From Botryllus schlosseri (Eukaryota): a stretch of 64,000 nucleotides of DNA. The position numbers and the translations under genes were made by a program. Where the stretch lies: assembly GCA_051294905.1 (NCBI GenBank), contig CM119371.1, positions 39,372,001-39,436,000 of the forward strand, read 5' to 3'. This document shows, one piece after another, positions 40,909 through 53,095 of the stretch (the stretch's first letter is position 1; each line of letters starts with the position of its first letter). A model generated the notes under the pieces. The model saw nothing but the letters and a program-made list of their open reading frames with translations. It made no database searches and was not told where the DNA came from.

Positions 40909-43034
40909 TGAGAGAGAGAGAGAGTCTTTATTTTCATCGAACCAAAATACATAACAAACGGCAGTGATGGTGGTACAGAAAATATGCGTGCACAGTATTC
41001 GGTATTAGATAGGAATGATCGATAAGACCATGAAGGTCATCTAGTCTGATCACACCAGCATCAAACAGGTACACTTGACTCAGAACAGTCTGGCTGTAAG
41101 AAATGTTTAGTTAGGAAAGGAAAATAGAAAAAAAAATTAAACAATGGTAGCAAATGATCAATGAAGCAATGTCTGGGCGAGGTAGGGCAACAGTGTTAGT
41201 GTAACGACAAGAGGTGATCAAGTAGGGCTTTTTTGAATCTATTATAAGGCAATTCACGGATATGTGATGGTAATGCATTCCAGATGATAGGTCCCGAGTA
41301 GTCGATAGATCTCTTAGTTAGGTTGCTATTGGGTTGGGGTAAGTAGACGTTTCCTTTAGACGAAGATCTCGTGTAATGGGAATGGACATGTTTAGCAGGT
41401 ATGAAAAAGTCATCAAACACAGGGGGCAGACTATTGGAAAAATACTTGTGAACAACTTTTGATACTTCGAAGCGATACAGTTCATCAACTCGCAAAATTC
41501 GATGCTTACGGTAGTAAGGCGATAAATTGGTACGTAAAGGTACAGATGATATCAGCCGTATCGCACGGTTTTGCAGGGTTCGAATTCTGCACAAAAATGT
41601 TGTACATGCATTTCCCCATACTACGATTCCATACTGCAGATGCGAGTGGAAAAGAGAGAAGTAGATGGTTCGTAGTACTGATCTGGAAACCAAAGATTGG
41701 AGACGGGTCATTATTCCCACACACCGAGCTAGTTTTGATATTGTGCATTCAATATGCTGCTTCCAAGACAATTTCGAATCAATGGTGACGCCGAGATATT
41801 TTGCTGAGTCACATATTGAGATTTGTTTATGATTGATGTTCACAGTGAAATTATGACTGGCATTATTTAAAACGAGCATCTCGGTCTTATCTGCATTCAA
41901 ACTTAGTTTGTTTGCTTGCAGCCATCTCGACACTTTTGGGAGTTCCCTATTCACAGATGCATGCAGATCATCGAAAGTGTTGGAGGTTATGAAGAGGTGA
42001 GTATCATCAGCAAATAGCGTTGTGCGGAATAAAGATGCATTAACAATGTCGTTAATATAAATGAGGAAAAAAGTCGGTCCAAGGACTGAGCCTTGTGGCA
42101 CTCCACAAGTTATATCTCTGGTAGTCGTTCCTAATGTCCCCAGTTTAACAAATTGTTTGCGGTTTGCCAGGTAGCTTTCAAGTAGAGTTGCTGCAATACC
42201 CCTGATTCCATAGTGTTCTAGCTTGTATCTTAAGATTCTGTGGTTAACTGTGTCGAAAGCTTTGCGGAGATCGATAAAAATGCTGCAGCCACTTTCTTTT
42301 TGCTTGATGGTTTTGTAATAGTCCGTTACAATTGATAGTATTGCATGGTTGGTGTTGTGGTTGGATCTGAATCCATGCTGAGTCGGAGACAGTACTGCAT
42401 TCAATTCAAAAAAGTTCTTAAGTCGGCAGTCAATCAGTTTCTCAAAAACCGTGGCAAGATTTGGCAAAACAGATATTGGTCGGTAGTTAGAAATTAGCTT
42501 TTTACAGCCTTTCTTAAACACTGGCATTACTCTGGCAGTTTTCAGTGCATCTGGGAAAATGCCTAGACGTATCGACTCATTAAAGAAAATGCATATAACA
42601 TCACCAATAATATTAAAGACTAGCTTCAGAAAGTGAGTTGGGATGAGATCGGGTCCTACTGCTTTGTTACTTTTCATTTCAGATAATACGATCGCAACTT
42701 CTCCTTTACTTGTCGGCTCAAGAAAAATGGATTTCTGAGGGCCAGGACTCAGGTACGAGAGAAAGTCATCGGAGGAGTTTGGTATTGAAGCTGCAAGATC
42801 CGGACCAATGTTGCAAAAATACCGATTGAACTTTTCTGCTACTGCAAGCTGGTCTTTGATGACGCTGCCATTCTCGAGTAGCTGGATGTCATCAGTACTC
42901 TTGGGAGCATTACCTTTAGTTAGGTTGATAATTTCTCCAATGGTTTTCCATGTGTTCTTGGGATCTTTGGAGCACTCTTCGAATCTTTTTTGGAAGTATG
43001 CTTTTTTGGCATTTTCTTTCATATGCGTCACTGT
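40909..43034 (-). mobile_element. 5'-truncated non-LTR retrotransposon (CR1/L2-group LINE), family A, with (TC)n 3' tail
   Basis: Contains the RT ORF and a 3' UTR ending in a GA microsatellite at 40909-40925. A near-identical shorter copy lies at 35979-36747. Confidence 0.9.
41196..43031 (-). CDS. LINE ORF2 reverse transcriptase domain (611 aa open; APE endonuclease missing through 5' truncation)
   Basis: Motifs NYRPISVL, QHGFR, IDLRKAFDTVNH, GVPQGSVLGP, LFADDT and YLGVTID. Confidence 0.92.
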   Translation of the reverse strand: MTHMKENAKKAYFQKRFEECSKDPKNTWKTIGEIINLTKGNAPKSTDDIQLLENGSVIKDQLAVAEKFNRYFCNIGPDLAASIPNSSDDFLSYLSPGPQKSIFLEPTSKGEVAIVLSEMKSNKAVGPDLIPTHFLKLVFNIIGDVICIFFNESIRLGIFPDALKTARVMPVFKKGCKKLISNYRPISVLPNLATVFEKLIDCRLKNFFELNAVLSPTQHGFRSNHNTNHAILSIVTDYYKTIKQKESGCSIFIDLRKAFDTVNHRILRYKLEHYGIRGIAATLLESYLANRKQFVKLGTLGTTTRDITCGVPQGSVLGPTFFLIYINDIVNASLFRTTLFADDTHLFITSNTFDDLHASVNRELPKVSRWLQANKLSLNADKTEMLVLNNASHNFTVNINHKQISICDSAKYLGVTIDSKLSWKQHIECTISKLARCVGIMTRLQSLVSRSVLRTIYFSLFHSHLQYGIVVWGNACTTFLCRIRTLQNRAIRLISSVPLRTNLSPYYRKHRILRVDELYRFEVSKVVHKYFSNSLPPVFDDFFIPAKHVHSHYTRSSSKGNVYLPQPNSNLTKRSIDYSGPIIWNALPSHIRELPYNRFKKALLDHLLSLH

Positions 43035-43706
43035 GTGATCTTAAACAGGCAGATAGCCGCTAGTCGTAAATGATGCTACTATGATTCCTACGTACAATTG
43101 CACGACGTCATATGGATTGACGGACTATATTTTGAGTTTCGTCTGAACCTACTGTCCGAGACTGCAGTGACCAACATCGGTATTTGTAACGCTTCGCCTA
43201 AAGCAAATAAACTTACGTTCTCGGCTCATTACACTGAACTATTTGAAAAATAAAACAAAATGTTAGCAATAACTTTCAACATCTTCGTCTGAATCTCATA
43301 CGAGGATAACTTGAACTGCAATTATTACTATGTCGGCATCGCGAAAAATATCCAGAGCTCACAGCCCATTATTATTTTCCCTCCTTTATTCTTGGACACT
43401 CTAACGCGCAGTTGGGAAATTATGTTACTTCGTTTTTCCCTCCGTGTGGAAGGAATATTGAGCGCGCCATATCTAAGATGTCCTCGTTTATTTTTTCAGA
43501 CAACACGAAAATACCAGGATCGGAAAAAAAATCGAACAACACTTTCTTCGCATATCAAAATTTCGGAAATGAAATAAATTGTTTAGGGTGAATTCATTCC
43601 ACGCGTCAACCTCAAGGCATTAACAATTGTTATGTGCAGTTCTATATACAAATTTGTCGAGCAGTGATACCATCACCGCTACAAATGTTTGTTATGAGAT
43701 GATTGG

Positions 43707-44720
43707 TAGGGATGGTGTGAACCTCTGAAAGGTTCAGGTTCGTGTGAACGCGAACCTTTTTGGAAGGTTCTGTGTGAACGCGAACGTGAACCTCATGACG
43801 TCACGTGACGTCATACTGCTAATTCCAATCCTATCGTTCAATGAAGTGATAGCCTATGTTAATGGGACACAGTGTGTACTGTACACTGTACACGATACCT
43901 AGCGACGACTCGGGCCACATAATGCCACAATGCTGAATGACGTTTTAAACGTCGCTAAATGTATCTATCAACTGAGGCAATCAAAGAATATAATATTCCC
44001 ATAAAACCAATATCTTCTGGCGCTTAGCCAACAATTTCGACGAGGACTTATACCAGGGGTATAAACTTACGCCTTAACGGTATGGGCCGGAAAATGTATT
44101 CAGCGTCCGAGTATTGTTACATTAATATTGAGCAGAGTGTAAAACGAGTTGCTATACCTGCTGCCGATATTACCCCATTAACAAGTTATACAGCAGTAGC
44201 CAACACATCAATCGCACGGATTTGGTTTTTATGATACAATAAACATATGAGGTCAAGATTGACCCCGCTCACCTGCTAGATTTTTTACATCAGCCAACGA
44301 TATCAATTCCATTGATTGGTTGAATAAACATCATTCACTGTCTACATGTAGTGTAATTCGCTTTTCATGTTATGTAATTGCGGGTCAAGCTCACGGCAGA
44401 GAGTCACTAAATATTTGCAAACGGAAAGCTGGATATTTCGAGCAAGCTTTTGTAAGAAAGCAAGTGAAAATTTTGAGATTGTCAAGGTGCATGCTCGTTT
44501 AGTGTTGATTTTTTATACTGCCAGCACCATGCGTAGAGTGGCTTGCAGTTGAAATGCAATAAACTTGAACGAAAGATGTTATAATGAAGTGAAAATTGTA
44601 ATATATGAAAAAGGTTCACAGTGCAGAACCTACGAAGGTTCTGTTGTGAACGCGAACCTCTAAATTTCCGAGGTTCACACACAGAACGCGAACGTGAACC
44701 TCGCGTTCACACCATCCCTA
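43707..44720. mobile_element. Full-length hAT-like MITE of the most abundant family in the window (partial copies near 8.3-8.8, 11.9-12.6, 23.8-24.4 and 33.0-33.5 kb)
   Basis: tagggatggtgtgaac / gttcacaccatcccta; TSD atgattgg; GTGAAC repeats. Confidence 0.88.
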
Positions 44721-46661
44721 ATGATTGGACTTATAACCAATCTAGAAACTGTACCCGCAGCCCGCGGTGTCTCGGTGATTCAAAGTCAAAATATATTATA
44801 CGGCTCTTGTTTGCAATCATAGAAATCTGAAAAGGTATTTGTCAGATATAATATTGTAATAAGTATCTAAACATCAATATATATTGTACATATGAGACAT
44901 GTACATGAGAAATACTGTGCCGAAAGACATTTTGATAGGTTGATAACAACCATATGGTTTCTAACGCGAATAAAATCTGATAACTAACCAGCTGTCACAT
45001 GTCTTCTGGTTGACATTCCACCAATAGCTACCGTTGACTGATACAAATTATCAGCCTGCTAAAACGCAACCTAGCTTACGCTCTACAAATGCCATGCAAT
45101 ATTAGATAGCAGCGTCATCGCATCAATATCGAAATGTGATAGTCAGAAGGTTCATCAGTCGTATTTCAAATCGCTAGTTGACCGTTATTTATTATCTAGC
45201 GAACATTCCGTACTCTACGAAACTATATAGGAGAGCGACATTCTGCCGTTATGACTTGTGATATAAACCTATCCCGCGTAGCTCATCTCATAACTATCAA
45301 CGTTTCGCGATATCGCTATATTTCATCTAAACTTCCAAAAAATCTCAAGAAGAGAATCAGTTGTGAGATATACAGGATGGATGACGACCGGTGGTAAAAA
45401 TCACGGATTTAATTGTGGAGCATTTGCTTTGAAGGTTTGTAATGTGTTCATTAGGGCTGTTCAAAAATAACTTTTTTCTCTGAATTCCAGCCATTCAGGC
45501 ATTAAATCGTCAGGCTCCCCTAAAAAACTCTGCGCACCAAATTTGGTTCCATTCTGTCAAGTATAAGGCTCCGCAGATCCAATTAAATTTTTTAATTTAT
45601 ACTGGAAAATTTAAAAAAAAATTCAAATTTTTCCGTCAACCCCATGAAATTGTTGAGCTGTCTTCAGAGACGATGCAAAATAAATTTGACTCAATTCCAA
45701 CTAGTAGAAGCGGAGTTATTGGAGTTTGTCGTTGATAACCTGCGGATAAAGGGATAATCCGAGGATTATTAACGAAAAACAACGTCTGGCGACCGATTGG
45801 GTCGAAAGTGACACAGCAGTGCGACCATAGATATTTCAATAATATATTGGCGCAACTAATATATTTTCCTTGTAAACTGCATATAACGGTTCCGCATTGG
45901 CGTTTTCGCTTCTGTGAATAACTACTTTCTGGACCATATTTGTACAAAGCTATGAATTTAGTGTTAACTTTTGCCTTCTTGAAATTGGATGTCAATTTCA
46001 CTGACATATTCCTACAGTGGTAACTAGAGTGAAACCACAGTGGGTGGCTATAATGGGGCCTATGAACAATTAAGTATTTCCTGTAAAAAGTCTCAACATT
46101 TGCTGCGAATACTCTGCTGGAAAATATAGGAATTTTTCAATCCACTCCGAATTGCATCACAGCCGGATGCGGCCCGCGGGCCAAATGCGTGACACCCCTG
46201 ACCTACGGTCAACATCGACGAAAATAATTTTGATTATATAACAACTTGAAGTTGATGCTGAAGTAACCAAGTATTCCAGAAGTGTCATGCGTCGTGTGTC
46301 CTTGAAAAGGGTGCTCAGTAAACTAGGATTAAAGTGCATTTGATGTAGATGTGCGCTACTTCGGCACGTCCTATTATCGCAACATGCAAAGAGTCACAAC
46401 TGCGATTTATAATGTCGCACCTCAAACCCCCAATTGGGTGGAGCTCGAAGGGGCTCAAATTATCTCGTTGGTGGTTTGTTGGGGGAGATTTAGTCAACTT
46501 GAAAATTTTCATCGCGTGTCGCGAGATTTCATGTAACTTCATGTAACTAATGTAACTACAAATTGACATATATTAGGAGAAAATGTGCCAATTTCAGTGA
46601 AGTCGAATGTCGGCGACAGCGATTAGCCTACCACACATCGAAAAGGACTATGCCTCTATAG

Positions 46662-47807
46662 CAGTGGTCATGAACCTTTTTTGTCCGAAGAGCCATATTT
46701 GCCCTATTTTTTCCGTCTCAACTCCAAAAGAGCTATACATGCCGAACAACTATTACGTCACAATTGGAAATTCGTGACGTCATGGTAACACTCATTCGAA
46801 CTCACTACATTGGATTGCTCGTGTGCGCCACATTTTCTCTATAAAAGCTGGTACTTATTGTTCAAATGTAAAGCTCGAAACGAGAGTTAAGACGCAGACG
46901 GGCCAAGCCTCACCAATGATAAGGCAATTCATCGTAAGTCGCTTAGGATTTATTTTATAACTGATATTAATCGAATGAGACTGTCATACTGATTCCCAAA
47001 ATATAAATGCTTGTCGACTTCTCAATTCTCAAAGTATTCGCCGGTAACATAACGTTGGGCTACAATCTTACATTTTATCACCGGTACTACACAGAACGTG
47101 CAACGTGGATAACTATGGCGTTAGTAATTCGAGTTTGTAATTGTGAATGTCACATCCACAACAGTTCATTTCGCGCCTTATAGATCAGGAAGATGATGCT
47201 CTTTGATTCAACGTATTGCACAATTCAAGATTTCGATTCGGATACATCGCCAGGAGGTTTGAGTCACCAGTCATTTCGATGGCGTGGGTTCGAATCCCAT
47301 CGCTGCCACCACGTATAAAGAGCCTGTACTCCCTGTTGCACCACGAAACGATGTCTTGTCTACACACGATAAATGTTTATTACCGAAGAGACATCCTAAC
47401 AGAACGAGTAATCGTTATATATGGCAACTAAATGAACGGCGCAATCGCAATCAGAAAACTAATCATTAGCCTGCCAATTAACAAGAGCCGAAGTTCCACT
47501 CCAGTATAACACAAACAATATTGGCGCTTACAATTCCCGAGTGATGCTGGCCGCTGGCGTGAGAGTAACTTAAATATGATGATTTTGAAGGGGGCGCCCG
47601 AGCCCCTAAACCTGAAGACGGCATTGTCTTTACCTCTCAAAGACATGTTTATATTGCCACTTAAATAATTATTTTGGCCATGATGAAAATTTACCAGTCG
47701 CTACAATATTGATCAATTCAGTACAAAAATAAATATTTGGAAAAGAGCCATATCTTGCACCCAAAAGAGCCATATATCGCTCGCGAGCCATAGGTTCCCG
47801 ACCACTG
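46662..47807. mobile_element. hAT-like MITE (related copies at about 21409-22010 and near 1.2/2.5 kb) carrying an extra tRNA-derived insert
   Basis: cagtggtcatgaacc / ggttcccgaccactg; TSD ctctatag. Confidence 0.85.
47256..47308 (+). pseudogene. 3' half of a tRNA-Leu-like sequence (variable arm, T-arm, acceptor strand); D-arm half missing
   Basis: caccagtcatttcgatggcgtgggttcgaatcccatcgctgcca: long variable-arm hairpin, B-box GGTTCGAATCC and Leu-type 3' end ...GCTGCCA. Confidence 0.75.
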
Positions 47808-49897
47808 CTCTATAGGAATATCAATTTTATTCCATTACTGAAGTCCTAAAATTTTACTTTTCAATCTCGCCATTTTCCTTAGGGGACCGGATACAACTCG
47901 GATTATGTGTGCATTTACATGTTTACCGTGAATCAGGGATACAATCATTTTAGCAACATCAAAGCGATGTACTTCCACAACAGTCATAACACTCAGAAAA
48001 TCAAATATGTTTACTACTGCGAAGTCATAGCGACGCAATGAATGTTTCTGCACTTCCGAATAAATCCGTTCGTCCAGTCATTAAATATTTAATGAAGCGA
48101 TATCGCAGGATTCACGGTAGTATGGGAAGTACTGTTATCGTTCACCTATCGCCGTATACATATCATGAGCAGTGAGCACGGCAGTGCTTAACGAAATCAA
48201 ATATTTTTGTAAATATGGGTCGACTTTATCCAGATCTAAATATGTTGCTACACGTCATTGAATTCGATTGATTATTTGCTTTCTTTATCAATCGTTTTTC
48301 GGATCACTAAGTTTGATGTGACTAGAATTGCGGAATCAGGCTTTAACTTCGCATAATTATTCCATAATATATAAAAGTTACCATCAATAGATCGTACGAT
48401 CGAGATATAGAGATGTACACGATTAAAGATGTTGTGACTATCAGATCATGAACGAGCTTAGTCAATATAACTGCTTTCGTGCAAGCCATCGAACGGAACG
48501 GTACGTATCGTTGTTTGCTTCGGAAATTTAGCAGGATAAAAGCTGAGCGCGAATGCCTAAATTGTTAAACAGCGAAAATTCCTTGACAGGTCAATAGCAT
48601 TTTACAGCAGTACGTTTGCACTCATTGTCGCTCAAATATAAACGACAAAAATAAACTACGTCTTTTCCATTCTCCATTCGATTTCCAAATACATGATATT
48701 TCTGTAAATTAGCCTACGAGCTCACGCCGATTATTTTTGACCATACAATAAAAATACGCGGTTCGCGATACGATGATTCACGTACTCATTTCCCAGCAAC
48801 TATATCAAATTCGACTTGATCTTAGATTCAGATGGTAACCTGTTATATATCCATTGGAAATATAGATTCACAATGAGTATAAAATCCTTTACCTAGGCTA
48901 GCTTCGCATATGATTCAATCAACAGCAAGTTACACCTGATCAAACAATGCCACATACATTGATCTCAGTCAACGAGATAAATGTCACCAAAACTCATCAA
49001 GCGAGATCATTTGTTTGTTTCCGCTGATTTTGCAACATTACGTGGACGTCGGCGGATCGACACTGTTACATATTTACTATGGGACAACTTCAAACATTGT
49101 AGCGTTGAATTTACGGCGATTCAGTGTCCGTAACATAAAACGGCGAAGTGGAAGCTGTGATTACAGGATAGAATGTTCTCGAATTATTTAAATGCTAAAC
49201 CAAGCATCACTGTTTGAGCTGGCGGAGTGATTGCCATCATAAATCCTTGAATTATTCAAATATTAGAACCAAATGACCTGTAGCCTTTGAAGTGTGTTCG
49301 ATATCATCCGGGATGTGAAAACAATCACTGAAAATCAAACGAATATCATATTGGTAATATGTTTCCCTATAAATCGTACATGATATTCCGCGTTATTTCA
49401 AATTCTCAATGTAATCACGCACATTTCTGATTCCAGAAAAGAGTTCGTTAACACGTTTCATATAGAGGGATCCACTCAATGTCACCGGTGGTTGCAATCT
49501 TGCTCAGTACGCAGGGGAGACAATGTAATATCATAGAAATAGGCAGTTTGCCTACAGTAGCAAAGTATACAATTTTAAAATATTGTCTGTGGATACGAGG
49601 TTATTAACCCGGATTTGACCGAATCTTGGACATTAAATCAATTTCTGTTCCTATCGAATGCGATTTCATCTCAAGACTATATAGTAGGCCTATGCCAGTA
49701 CATCAGGTTGGTTTGGTTTCGCACTATACAGCTCACCTGTAGACGTTGAAAGAAAACCAGAAATAACATTAGAACTAAAATATAGCATCGAAACAATGAA
49801 CCAAACATGAATGCATAATTGCATACATCAATAACTTATTTTGCATATGAATGTTTCGAAGGTTAGAGATCGTCAGGCTGAATTTTCGTGTGGATAG

Positions 49898-50296
49898 TAG
49901 TGCGGAGCATGGACCGGAGCCTGATTGGATATCCGGCCTGATTTTTTCAATTTCGGGCGGACCGGATCGGATCGGAGCCGGATCACTACATTTTTAATAC
50001 GGCCAGAATCTTTATGGATACGCATGACTTTTATACCTAAATAACTACCAACCAACTACACACAAGTAACCGCCAAGCCAGTGCAAAAATAAACCAGGCA
50101 TATTCATAAACTCACGGAACGTCCGAACCGTGCAGGGCCGGATATCTGGCCAGCCTTTTTTATTTTGGCCGAAACCGGATTGGATCCGGATCAGTACTTT
50201 TTCCTAATACGGCCGGAGCCGGATCGGAGCCGGATTAGAGAATTGAACAACCGGATCGGAGCCAAACCAGAGAATTTGTCGATCCGCTCCGCACTA
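49898..50296. mobile_element. MITE with CCGGAT subterminal repeats
   Basis: tagtgcggagc / gctccgcacta; imperfect flanking repeat tggatag. Confidence 0.7.
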
Positions 50297-51121
50297 GCTG
50301 GATAGCGGGATTATCATAAAACCCTTAAGAGTTATTGGAAATTTTAGTGATAATCGTCACCATTACCGTTACCAGTTCTTTATGGCGTGATTAAACTTGC
50401 AATTATACTAAAAAGTCTACATGCAGCAGCGCTCTAAACACAATTAGAACTCTGGACTGTTTATCAGAAAAAAATCTACTCCGGGTTATTGCACATACTG
50501 ACAATTTATTCCACAGAGCCTATGCGCGTTGTGAGCAATCATGGAAATGTAACTTCCTGCTGTCACGGAACAAATATTCGTTGTAGGCATTCCGATATCA
50601 ATATGCAATGTGTTAAGCCTTAATGACTTATTATTCCGAAACGCTTTCTCAAAAGTTGATAAGTGCACGGTTTCTCACTGAAATAAATCTGATAACCGAC
50701 TGGCCGTGACATATCTTCTGATTGACAACACGCCTGAATTAGCAATCGTATTGGATGCTATAAATTGGTAACCTGTAAAGGAGCAGCAATACATGCGCTC
50801 CGTAATAATAGATTTTAATGCAATCAGCATTATCGCAATGTAATAGTCAAGGGGTTCATCGGTCGCCTTTTCTAGCGCTAGCTGACCGTTAATTATTAGC
50901 GAACATTCCGCACTCTAATAAACCATAGGAGAGCAACCAAGAATTGTTCTCGTATGGAGTAGTGCGATATGATGGGCTGTAATGCGAACTTCATCACTGA
51001 AATATCCAAGCTTTGCGATTTCTCTCCATTTCAGTTCTTTTTGCAAAGTCCCATCAACTAGTCGGCCATTCGAAGTTCTATTAACGAGCCGACTATTCGA
51101 AATCGTAAATCCTATACTTAA

Positions 51122-51337
51122 AGGGGCACTGCGCTCAAAAAATGATGTGGTCTCAAATTGAAGAGTAGAACGAAAAAAAAATTTTGGCCGCAGCCGTTTT
51201 CTTCAGAACGCCACCGTAATGGAGCTGCAATTTATTGAAATTTCCAGAGTTGCAGCAGTCGCGGCTCCGGATAATCTCTTAACCCGTAACATGGCACGAT
51301 GACTTCATCGTCGCACTTGCTCGACGCGATTACGCAG
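51122..51337 (+). repeat. Left TIR of the Kolobok element
   Basis: Exact reverse complement of 57545-57760 as read by eye. Confidence 0.93.
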
Positions 51338-51852
51338 AGGACGAACTTTAGATAGTTGTCAGTCGATGTTATGAATGACTCATGTCTTGCACACCAAGGC
51401 GGCGCTCAACGTACGGTGTTAGGTCAGGAGGATTTGTGTCTGGAGCTTGTCACGACTCTATAGTATTTGCCAGTTGAATGATACTGAGATGCCGTTACAG
51501 TTGTATATTGATGCAGATACAGCTGTCATTTTCAAGATGTATTATTGACTGCACAGTGCACAACCTTTGGAGTAGTGGTCTTGCGGAAGAGACAGACACA
51601 TGATATTTTGCATCATTTACCCATGGCATAGCAACTGTCTTGATACGGTCTAGTTTACTTGTTCAAGACACAGATGTATAGATAATCAACACGAAAATTT
51701 CATTCTCATCAAAGTTCCAATATTGTTGTGGAATTTTTTGTCGTAACATTGTTGTTCTCAGTTTCACAAACGAATCTTATGTCTCCATCAGTTCATTCAT
51801 GCAATTCCTTTGACACGTAGATATCGTAAAATTTGTTAAAATTATTAATGGT

Positions 51853-52796
51853 ATGGAAGAAGATCTTGTTGATGAATTAACTTCTGATGAAGATACAGAT
51901 GTAGAAGATTTCGATGATATCACGATATTTGGTGAGAGCCTGCCGTATCAATTCGAGCCACAATATTCAGAGGAGGAATTCGCCCGTCTTGTTGCGACTC
52001 AAGAAGCACAAACTCATGTCTCTGTAAGTATTGTACCTGTGTTTCTTGAATGCAATTTATCAATCTCATTGTATTGGTCAAAGGAATCGTCAGAAAACCA
52101 GAGTCAACTTCGGACACTTGACAACAATGAATGGTGCAGTTGCTTGAACTGTGCATCCATGACAAACCAGAATGAACGCGTCTGCTGCAGGGAAATACAA
52201 CAAATAATGGAGCTTCTGGGGAATGGAGGGTCGACTTGCATAACAGAACATGACGATTTTCTCGTACATATACATCCCTCCATTCTTGAAACGTTTTTCA
52301 AAGTGAACAGGAAAAATTGGAATAATAACAATCAACCACATGGTCCTGGCAGAAGGCTTTCTAACAAGTGGGTCCTAGAACATTTTGTTTGTGTGGTTTA
52401 GTATTGGACCTATATGTATGCGACAGGGTCTTGGGACTTATGACATGGTTCCTGGATATAAACGGCAATCTCCTGCATTCTTTACATTTTCTCGCATGCT
52501 TTTATATAAATGCCTACACTTTATAAATTGGGAGCATTATACTGTCATATATATGCTGCTATTACTTTTCAGCATTATTTTTATTGCTGCAATATACTTT
52601 GATATTTTCCAATTGCAGACAATATCGCTTGGTGTCTTATCGACACATACTGGAATGGATTATTGATGGCGACGTTTTGGGTAGCAAAAACAGGATGCCC
52701 TTGCCAGCCTGCATCGTGACTGCTATAAGGAAAAAGTACCCTAGTGATGATGGACTGTATGTCGGTTTCAAATGGCCGATAGAAAACGAACTGTGA
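51853..52796 (+). CDS. Kolobok accessory protein (KolX-like) with a P2X7 cytoplasmic-ballast-like Cys-rich domain; 3 exons (51853-52023, 52084-52367, 52619-52796)
   Basis: Motifs PYQFEP, WCSCLNCASM..ERVCCRE, CITEH, YRLVSYR, NRMPLPACIVTAIRKKYP...YVGFK. GT-AG introns 52024-52083 (phase 0) and 52368-52618 (phase 2) keep the frame. Confidence 0.85.
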
Positions 52797-53095
52797 TTGA
52801 TAACACTGCGGCTATGCTATATAAGTCGAAATCAGTTCTGTTGCTGTATTATTACACAGTGAACTGGAACTGTTTGCATTCTATATTCCACGAATGCCTG
52901 CAGTGCCTGATACATCAAGACTACTTTGCTTACTCGTTATTTATTAAAATAGATAATAAAAAAGAAACATCCGAGGACTTTATAGCCAGGGTATTACAAC
53001 GGGGCAGTCAGGCAGTGTGGAAGAATGAAATTGAGCTATTTAGCTATGCAGCACTGCACCACATTCCATTCAACTTGAAGATAAGGATTAGTAAG

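Larger units (their letters stand above)
38400..51117 (-). pseudogene. Decayed multi-CUB-domain coding relic, fragmented by TEs and probably continuing at about 57765-58090
   Basis: Broken frames read HSPDIYNSNYNNNSNRIFNFTA (39.9 kb), NLYSVTWNV..GTVNLKY...HC...ERLC (40.2-40.35 kb) and KSLRLNTLHIDIG...C...SYISM...RLCG (50.5-50.65 kb). Internal paralogous blocks are present. Confidence 0.45.

Noticed and set aside
47256..47308. Functional tRNA-Leu gene
   Set aside because: The 5' acceptor strand, D-arm and A-box are absent.
51853..52796. Host P2X7 receptor gene
   Set aside because: No transmembrane or ectodomain exons; only the ballast-like domain is present, and it lies inside transposon TIRs.
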